Virus record (IMG/VR): IMGVR_UViG_3300021185_003522
Location: 61,234 to 125,233 of that record
Strand: one strand, 5' to 3'
Origin: a virus
Length of the DNA stretch: 64,000 nt
In this document: piece by piece, positions 57,933 through 64,000 of the stretch
How positions within the stretch are numbered: the first letter of the stretch is position 1
How the letters are laid out: each line of letters begins with the position of its first letter
Notes under the pieces: generated by a model
The model's input: only the letters and a program-made list of their open reading frames with translations
Told to the model about the DNA's origin: nothing
Databases searched by the model: none
Translations under genes and position numbers: made by a program

Positions 57933-58327
57933 TGCGTGTCGAAGAGTTTGTTACTAAACCTGAGATTGTCAACGAGCACGAAATGGTGTTCAGTAGATCG
58001 GGAAATAAATTAAAAACAAAATGGCGTTGTACTAGCGGTACAAGAAGAGGTCGTGTTGTTGGTAATGCCAAAGACTGTGATGCACCTATCGATCAACGTA
58101 AGCGAGCACAAATGAAAGTGACTCGCAAAACAAAAAGCAAAGTTGCCGCAAGAAAAGCAAAGAAGACCAAAAGAGTCAATCCAGCAAGTAGATTGCTTGG
58201 CATGCTGAACAAACTGCGTAAAGGCAGTGTTAGTTCAGGAGGCAAAGTTCAAAAAGCATACAAGCCACCAAAGACAAGCCTTAAAGGCACAGTTGGCACA
58301 AAGAAAACAGTCAAGACAAGAAAATAG
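57932..58327 (+). CDS. Highly basic (Lys/Arg-rich) putative internal head protein
   Basis: Start revised to the ATG at 57932 (TAATG overlap); acidic MRVEEF...IVNE leader followed by a K/R-rich body. Confidence 0.6.
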   Translation: MRVEEFVTKPEIVNEHEMVFSRSGNKLKTKWRCTSGTRRGRVVGNAKDCDAPIDQRKRAQMKVTRKTKSKVAARKAKKTKRVNPASRLLGMLNKLRKGSVSSGGKVQKAYKPPKTSLKGTVGTKKTVKTRK

Positions 58328-58328
58328 G

Positions 58329-58356
58329 TTGACATAGTTTCATTTAGTGCTATAAT
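58329..58356 (+). promoter_or_regulatory. Consensus sigma70 promoter TTGACA-16-(TG)TATAAT; leaderless exonuclease transcript
   Basis: Perfect hexamers; the ATG lies 6 nt after the -10 box; no SD. Confidence 0.85.
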
Positions 58357-58362
58357 GATACT

Positions 58363-58884
58363 ATGGATATTATGATAGATATAGAAACTGTAGGTACTGG
58401 CCCTGACGCTTGTATTCTTACAATAGCGGCCCAAACCTTTGATCCACTTAGTATTGGTTACCAAAAACAAGATTACTATGCAAGAGTTGATGTAGACAGT
58501 CAACCTGACAGAGAAGTAGATGACTCAACTGTAGAATGGTGGGCAACACAACCACAAGAAGCACAGGATGAAGCATTTGGTGAAGAAGGTAGAATACCAC
58601 TAAAGCAAGCACTTGAGGAACTGAGCAAGTTGTGTTTCCATTGCAAACTAACTTGGGCTAATGGTACAACATTTGACATGGTTATACTTGAGAATGCATT
58701 CAAACAACTTGGATTACCTATACCGTGGCAATTTTGGAATGTAAGAGATGCACGTACGGTATATAGTTTGTATCCAGACTTGCCTAAGCCACGTGCAAGT
58801 CACCATGCACTAGAAGATTGTAGAAGACAAATTGATTTACTACAACAAACACTTAAACACCTAAGGGTAGCAGGACTTAAATGA
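58363..58884 (+). CDS. DEDDh 3'-5' exonuclease (DexA/Rv2179c-like)
   Basis: IMIDIETVG, WANG..FD, RDART and HHALED. Confidence 0.88.
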   Translation: MDIMIDIETVGTGPDACILTIAAQTFDPLSIGYQKQDYYARVDVDSQPDREVDDSTVEWWATQPQEAQDEAFGEEGRIPLKQALEELSKLCFHCKLTWANGTTFDMVILENAFKQLGLPIPWQFWNVRDARTVYSLYPDLPKPRASHHALEDCRRQIDLLQQTLKHLRVAGLK

Positions 58885-59504
58885 TAGTTGGTATTTGCGG
58901 ACTTATAGGCAGCGGCAAAGGAACTGTTGCTGACATATTAGTAGAACAAGGGTTTACTAAAGTGAGTTTTGCTGACAAACTCAAAGATGGTGTTGCAACT
59001 ATTTTTGGTTGGGATAGATCATTGCTAGAAGGTGATACCGACGAAAGCAGATCATGGCGTGAACAATCAGATGATTTTTGGACACAAGAGACTGGTAGGA
59101 CTATAACACCAAGAATAGTATTGCAAGAATTTGGCACAGAGTGTATGCGTGATGGGTTTGACAACGGTGTATGGGTAAGTCTTCTAAAGAAACAAATGAT
59201 AGACAATCCTGGAAACTACGTTGTACCTGATGTGCGTTTTCGCAACGAACAAAACATGATACGTGACCTTGGCGGGAAAGTTTGGCAAGTAAAAAGAGGT
59301 AAGGACCCTGAATGGTTTCAGCGAGCAATATTAGATAATGCAAACTCAGATACAAGTAACTTAATGAGTGGCTTTGATGTTCACGAAAGCGAATACAAGT
59401 GGATAGATGTAAACAGTCGATTTGATTGTATTCTTTATAATAACAGTAGCCTCAATGATTTACAATCATTGGTCCTCAACAAGATCGCCGACCTTCCAAG
59501 GTAA
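58881..59504 (+). CDS. gp1: Deoxynucleoside monophosphate kinase (gp1-like)
   Basis: GLIGSGKGT, SFADKLKD, TPRIVLQEFGTE, DVRFRNE and HESE. Confidence 0.92.
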   Translation: MIVGICGLIGSGKGTVADILVEQGFTKVSFADKLKDGVATIFGWDRSLLEGDTDESRSWREQSDDFWTQETGRTITPRIVLQEFGTECMRDGFDNGVWVSLLKKQMIDNPGNYVVPDVRFRNEQNMIRDLGGKVWQVKRGKDPEWFQRAILDNANSDTSNLMSGFDVHESEYKWIDVNSRFDCILYNNSSLNDLQSLVLNKIADLPR

Positions 59505-59813
59505 GTCAAGCCTTACTATTTCCACACTGCAATTTAAACAGATACTTCTAAGATTCGCAAGATTGCTATTCTTTAAATTTCCATCAACATGATATACTAA
59601 TATTTGTGCTCCGCTTTTAGCAACAAATCCACAACGATCGCATAGTTTCTTTTTTTGATAACCTTCTAGTTGCCAACGCGGAACTGGAGCTTTGATTTGT
59701 CTATTTTTGCGTGTACAACTGTCACATCTACTTCGATAGTGTAATTTATCATTTTTAATATAATTTATTGCTACCAGACGGCGGTTACAAGCACTGCAAA
59801 TAGGTCTATCCAT
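59466..59813 (-). CDS. Zn-binding HNH-like protein
   Basis: Four CxxC pairs and YHVDGNLKNSNLANLRSICLNC; late promoter GATAAATA at 59819-59826 (leaderless). Confidence 0.7.
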   Translation of the reverse strand: MDRPICSACNRRLVAINYIKNDKLHYRSRCDSCTRKNRQIKAPVPRWQLEGYQKKKLCDRCGFVAKSGAQILVYHVDGNLKNSNLANLRSICLNCSVEIVRLDLPWKVGDLVEDQ

Positions 59814-59877
59814 ACGGATATTTATCTACACAAACCTTTGCAAAGGGCAGTCTACATCGCAATATTTGGAAGATTCT

Positions 59878-59885
59878 TATAAATA
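59878..59885 (+). promoter_or_regulatory. Perfect late promoter TATAAATA for the tail sheath gene
   Basis: Exact T4 late consensus. Confidence 0.85.
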
Positions 59886-59920
59886 TCATTAAGAGATTAT
59901 ATTTTAAAGGAAGTGAAAAA

Positions 59921-62900
59921 ATGGCACTAACATCACCAGGCGTAGAAGTTACAATAATAGACGAAAGTAATTATCTTCCGGCCGCAACAAATTCAGTACC
60001 TTACATTTTGATAGCAACTGCTCAAAATAAAGTAAGCGGTACAGGAGTCGGAGTAGCCGCAGGAACAACGGCAGCAAATGCAAATAAATGTTACTTAATA
60101 ACATCACAAAGAGATTTAGCAAACACATTTGGAACACCGTTCTTCTATAGTACATCTGCAGGAACAAGCATTAACGGATACGAACTTAATGAATATGGAT
60201 TACTTGCAGCCTACAGTACATTGGGCGTAAGCAACAGAGCATACGTACAAAGAGCAGATGTTGATCTAAGCCAACTTACTGCAACACTAGTAAGACCAAC
60301 AGGTGATCCTGCAGATGGTGTATACTGGTTCGACACAGGTGTATCAGCATTTGGTGCATTTGAATGGAGTGCAACTACAGAAACATTTACTAACAAAGTG
60401 CCTACAGTTATTACAAATGTGTCTGACTTAGTTGGTGGCGTTTCAAGTGGAATACCACTAGCAAGTATAGGTAGTATTGGCGACTATGCAGTGAATACAA
60501 CAAATACAAACAATCCTGTGTATTATAAGTCACCAGGTAATGTTTCGAGTGATCCAGCAGTGACAGCAAATAGTTGGGTGCTTGTTGGAAGCGATGCATG
60601 GAAGAACTCATGGCCAACAATTATTGGAACTGCTACTAATCCAACTCTTACTGTTGGAAATACAATGATATTAAACGATGTCACTGTTGCAATGACTGGT
60701 ACAACAATTACAACTGCCGCTTCAGATATCAATAGTGCATCAATATCTGGTATAAGTGCAACAGTAGCAAATGGAAAACTGCAGATATTTGTTGATTCAA
60801 ATGGAACTAATGACGGATCAACTGATAGTGGTAATGGTATATTAATGGTAGACGCAGGAACTGGAACAGTACTTGCTGATTTAGGTATTACTGTAAGCGG
60901 CGACAAGCCTTACTATGCACCTGTTATACACTTTGGATTTAACTATAATAATCCAAGTTGGGCCGCTACTGGAACAGAGCCTCATCCAACAGGAAGTGTT
61001 TGGTATAAATTAAACAATGTGAACACAGGTGTAAATCTTGTTGTGAAGCAGTATTCAGCCGCAACTGATACTTTTACGACATTAAGTACACCAGTTCATT
61101 TTAGCGATCAAGCTGCGAATAAAACATATGACCCTGCAGGTGGTGGAACAAACATTCCGGTTGGATCATTGTATGTTGAATACAATTGTTTGCGTGCTGA
61201 TACATATGTCTCTAAATTTTATCAAAGATATGTAACTGGTGCAACTTTAGTAACTGGTACCTTAACAACACCAACTTTTGTCGCTGAAGAAACTTTTACA
61301 ATACAGGCTAGTGCAAAAAATACTACTACACTTACTGCCGCAGTAACTGCAACTGTAAAAGGAACAACAGCAACTGATTTTGTTACTGCATTTACTGCGG
61401 CCAACGTAGCAAATACAACTGCAAGAGTTTTATCAACTGGTGCAGTACAAATTGAACATACAGAGGGTGGCGTAATTTTACTAGTAGATACAAGTGGAAC
61501 GCCAGTTGCTGATGCAGGAATAACAATAGGAGTTACTACAGGACAAGTGAGAACTAACCCAGCTGGTGGAATCATCCTTAGTAACTGGATACCATTAGGT
61601 TTTGGTAACACACCTGCATATACTGCTAGTTCAACTGCTCCAAGTATTGATCCAGCAGATGGAACAAATTGGTATTATAGTGCAACAGACGAATGTGATA
61701 TTATGATTCAAAGTGGTGGCACATGGAAAGGCTATCAAAATGTTACCTCAGACATAAGAGGATTTGATCTTTCTACTACTAGTCCAAATGGACCAATAGT
61801 AGCCGCGAGTGCTCCAACAAAGCAAAGCGACGACAGTGCATTAGTATATGGTGATATATGGATTTCAACCTCAAACTTAGACGAATATCCTGACATATAT
61901 AGATGGGAAAGTGTAAGTTCGGTTGATCAATGGGTAGAAATAGATAACTCAGATCAAACAACACAGAATGGAATACTATTTGCTGATATGCGTTGGGCAG
62001 GTAACGGAACAACAGATCCTATTACTGGTGATATTCCTACTATAAAAAGTTTATTAACAAGCGACTATGTTGATTTAGACAAAGCAGATCCTTCACTTTA
62101 TCCTGAAGGAATGCTAGTGTGGAATATGAGACGTAGTGGATTTAACGTAAAGAGTTTCCAAGCTGATTACTTTAATGCAGCTGACTTTCCGTTTGCAACA
62201 TATGGAGCCTTACCTACTGTAAAAGATGCATGGGTTACTTCAAGTGGATTACAATCAAATGGAGCAATGTTTGCTGGAAGAAAAGCAGTAAGAAATATAG
62301 TAGTAAAAGCGTTAAAAGCAGCAGTAGATGGTTCACAAGAATTGCGTGAAGAGCAAAAAATATTTAACTTGCTTTCTTGTCCTAACTATGAAGAATTAGC
62401 AAGTAACTTAGTTGCACTTAACAATGAGCGTAACAATACAGGATTCATTTTAAGTGATGCTCCAATGCGTTTAGCAGACACAGGTACAGACATTACAAAT
62501 TGGGCAACCAATGCTAATGGCGATGGCTTAACAACTGCTGATCCATACTTTGGTGTGTTTTATCCAAGTTGTCAAACAACTGACTTATCAGGAACAACAG
62601 TAGTTGCACCATCAACACACATGATGCTTAGAACAGTTGTGCGTTCAGATGATGTAGCGTTTCCTTGGTTAGCACCAGCAGGTACTAGACGTGGTACTGT
62701 TGACAATGCAAGTCAATTAGGCTATGTAAATGCACAAACAGGAGAGTTTACGCAAACTGCTGTGAGACAAGGTTTAAGAGATACACTTTATTCTAATAGC
62801 ATAAACCCAATTACGTTTATTCCTGGGTCAGGTATCTTAAACTATGGAAACAAAACTACATTTAGTGGAACATCTTTAGATAGAATAAACGTTTCAAGAC

Positions 62901-63232
62901 TTGTAGCATTTATTAGAGGAAGACTAGAAACGATTGGTAAGAACTTTGTATTTGAGCCAAATGATACTACAACACGCGATGAGATTAAGAATGCTATCGA
63001 GAGCTTGATGATTGATCTAGTAGCAAAGCGTGGTATATATGACTACCTGGTGGTATGTGACGAATCAAACAACACACCAACAAGAATTGATGCCAACGAA
63101 CTATATGTTGATGTTGCAATTGAGCCGGTAAAAGCAATTGAATTCATCTACATACCGGTTAGAATTAAAAACACAGGTGAAATAAGTGCTGGTAACGTAG
63201 CAAGTTCAGGAACCATTTCATACGGTAGTTAA
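59921..63232 (+). CDS. gp18: Contractile tail sheath protein (gp18), 1103 aa
   Basis: LTSPGVEVTIIDES, PWLAPAGTRRG, RDTLYSNSINPI, LDRINVSRL, FEPND and PVKAIEFIYIP. Confidence 0.96.
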   Translation: MALTSPGVEVTIIDESNYLPAATNSVPYILIATAQNKVSGTGVGVAAGTTAANANKCYLITSQRDLANTFGTPFFYSTSAGTSINGYELNEYGLLAAYSTLGVSNRAYVQRADVDLSQLTATLVRPTGDPADGVYWFDTGVSAFGAFEWSATTETFTNKVPTVITNVSDLVGGVSSGIPLASIGSIGDYAVNTTNTNNPVYYKSPGNVSSDPAVTANSWVLVGSDAWKNSWPTIIGTATNPTLTVGNTMILNDVTVAMTGTTITTAASDINSASISGISATVANGKLQIFVDSNGTNDGSTDSGNGILMVDAGTGTVLADLGITVSGDKPYYAPVIHFGFNYNNPSWAATGTEPHPTGSVWYKLNNVNTGVNLVVKQYSAATDTFTTLSTPVHFSDQAANKTYDPAGGGTNIPVGSLYVEYNCLRADTYVSKFYQRYVTGATLVTGTLTTPTFVAEETFTIQASAKNTTTLTAAVTATVKGTTATDFVTAFTAANVANTTARVLSTGAVQIEHTEGGVILLVDTSGTPVADAGITIGVTTGQVRTNPAGGIILSNWIPLGFGNTPAYTASSTAPSIDPADGTNWYYSATDECDIMIQSGGTWKGYQNVTSDIRGFDLSTTSPNGPIVAASAPTKQSDDSALVYGDIWISTSNLDEYPDIYRWESVSSVDQWVEIDNSDQTTQNGILFADMRWAGNGTTDPITGDIPTIKSLLTSDYVDLDKADPSLYPEGMLVWNMRRSGFNVKSFQADYFNAADFPFATYGALPTVKDAWVTSSGLQSNGAMFAGRKAVRNIVVKALKAAVDGSQELREEQKIFNLLSCPNYEELASNLVALNNERNNTGFILSDAPMRLADTGTDITNWATNANGDGLTTADPYFGVFYPSCQTTDLSGTTVVAPSTHMMLRTVVRSDDVAFPWLAPAGTRRGTVDNASQLGYVNAQTGEFTQTAVRQGLRDTLYSNSINPITFIPGSGILNYGNKTTFSGTSLDRINVSRLVAFIRGRLETIGKNFVFEPNDTTTRDEIKNAIESLMIDLVAKRGIYDYLVVCDESNNTPTRIDANELYVDVAIEPVKAIEFIYIPVRIKNTGEISAGNVASSGTISYGS

Positions 63233-63250
63233 AACCTACAAAACAAATTT

Positions 63251-63277
63251 AAAATGAGGTTTAGGCCTCATTTTTTT
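63251..63277 (+). terminator. Rho-independent terminator after the sheath gene
   Basis: AAAATGAGGT-TTAG-GCCTCATTTTTTT, followed by late promoter GATAAATA at 63291-63298. Confidence 0.85.
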
Positions 63278-63324
63278 GTGGCGAAATTTAGATAAATAAT
63301 ATTTGTAATAAGGAGAATTAGAAA

Positions 63325-63942
63325 ATGGCCGTATCATCGCTAACAAGAATGACAGTTCCTTTGGCATCAGACCAATCAAGTCCAACTCAAGGACTGTTAA
63401 TGCCAAAACTAAAATATCGCTACCGGGTGGTATTTGAAAATCTTGGCGTGTCTACACCTAGAACAGAACTTACCAAACAGGTAATGACTTTTACTAGACC
63501 TACTATAAACTTTGAAGAAATTGAAGTACCAATCTACAACAGTAGAATTTATCTTGCTGGACGTCAAACATGGGACGCTGTATCAGCAACATTTAGAGAT
63601 GACGCTGGCGGAAACGTAAGTAGACTAATTGGTGAGCAAATACAAAAGCAAATGGATACACTAGAACAAGCAAGTGCAAGTTCAGGTATTGATTACAAAT
63701 TTACTACACGTTGTGAAGTATTAGATGGTGGTAACGGAACAAGCACACCAAACGTACTTGAAACTTGGGAATTATATGGTTGCTTTTTAGTAAATGCTAA
63801 CTATGGTGATTTAGATTACGGTTCAAACGATCCTGTAACTATTGAAACATCAATACGTTATGACAACGCAGTACAGACACCACTTGGAACAGGAATCGGA
63901 GCAACAGTAGGAAGAACACTGGGTGACGTCGTAACTGGCTAA
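63325..63942 (+). CDS. gp19: Tail tube protein (gp19-like)
   Basis: Follows the sheath gene; PKLKYRYRV, YLAGRQTW and ETWELYGCF...YGDLDY...IRYDNA. Confidence 0.9.
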   Translation: MAVSSLTRMTVPLASDQSSPTQGLLMPKLKYRYRVVFENLGVSTPRTELTKQVMTFTRPTINFEEIEVPIYNSRIYLAGRQTWDAVSATFRDDAGGNVSRLIGEQIQKQMDTLEQASASSGIDYKFTTRCEVLDGGNGTSTPNVLETWELYGCFLVNANYGDLDYGSNDPVTIETSIRYDNAVQTPLGTGIGATVGRTLGDVVTG

Positions 63943-63962
63943 TTAAGTTTAAGGAGTAACTT

Positions 63963-64000
63963 ATGGCTTTCGGTGAAGACTTTCTCAAAGGATTCTTTGG
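63963..64000 (+). CDS. 5' end of a downstream late gene (truncated)
   Basis: SD AAGGAG followed by ATG GCT TTC GGT GAA GAC TTT..., open to the window end. Confidence 0.6.
   Translation, partial: MAFGEDFLKGFF

Noticed and set aside
1-64000. Stop-codon reassignment, tRNA genes, or introns/inteins in core genes
   Set aside because: Core genes are full length in the standard code. I saw no cloverleaf with T-loop and CCA, and no intein or intron signature, but this was by eye only and a tRNAscan run would be needed to confirm.

Overview
This 64 kb window is part of a large, AT-rich, T4-like (T4 superfamily) myovirus genome, probably from an aquatic host, although the host cannot be determined from the sequence. 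It uses the standard genetic code and contains no tRNA, rRNA, CRISPR array or integrase. From left to right it carries five blocks. (1) A minus-strand baseplate module: a giant gp7-like wedge ORF that runs off the left edge and is missed by the ORF track, then gp6, gp25, gp5, a hub-like protein, gp53 and a gp48/54-like protein. (2) A sigma70-driven gp55-gp47-gp46 operon interleaved with a radical SAM enzyme, two PLP-fold enzymes and a small GIY-YIG nuclease. (3) A ~500-nt, highly structured non-coding region, followed by a sulfotransferase-like gene, a small ATE/DUF operon and gp26/gp51. (4) Tape measure, portal, prohead core, protease, scaffold and major capsid genes, then a ~12 kb fibre/appendage cluster bracketed by two Maf/Cst-II-like transferase genes. 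(5) Nudix, gp15, gp14, an early divergon, gp13, exonuclease, dNMP kinase, an HNH-like gene, tail sheath and tail tube. T4-type late promoters (NATAAATA and variants) precede almost every virion gene. The best leads are a candidate large ornate ncRNA directly behind a catalytic-domain-only GIY-YIG nuclease; a -1 slippery site that would fuse gp26 to a gp51-like ORF, in the style of lambda G/GT; a candidate virion-glycosylation toolkit; a late operon with an aminoacyl-tRNA-protein-transferase-like gene; systematic leaderless mRNAs; and translation-blocking hairpins that overlap late promoters. All product names come from motif recognition and synteny, not database searches.
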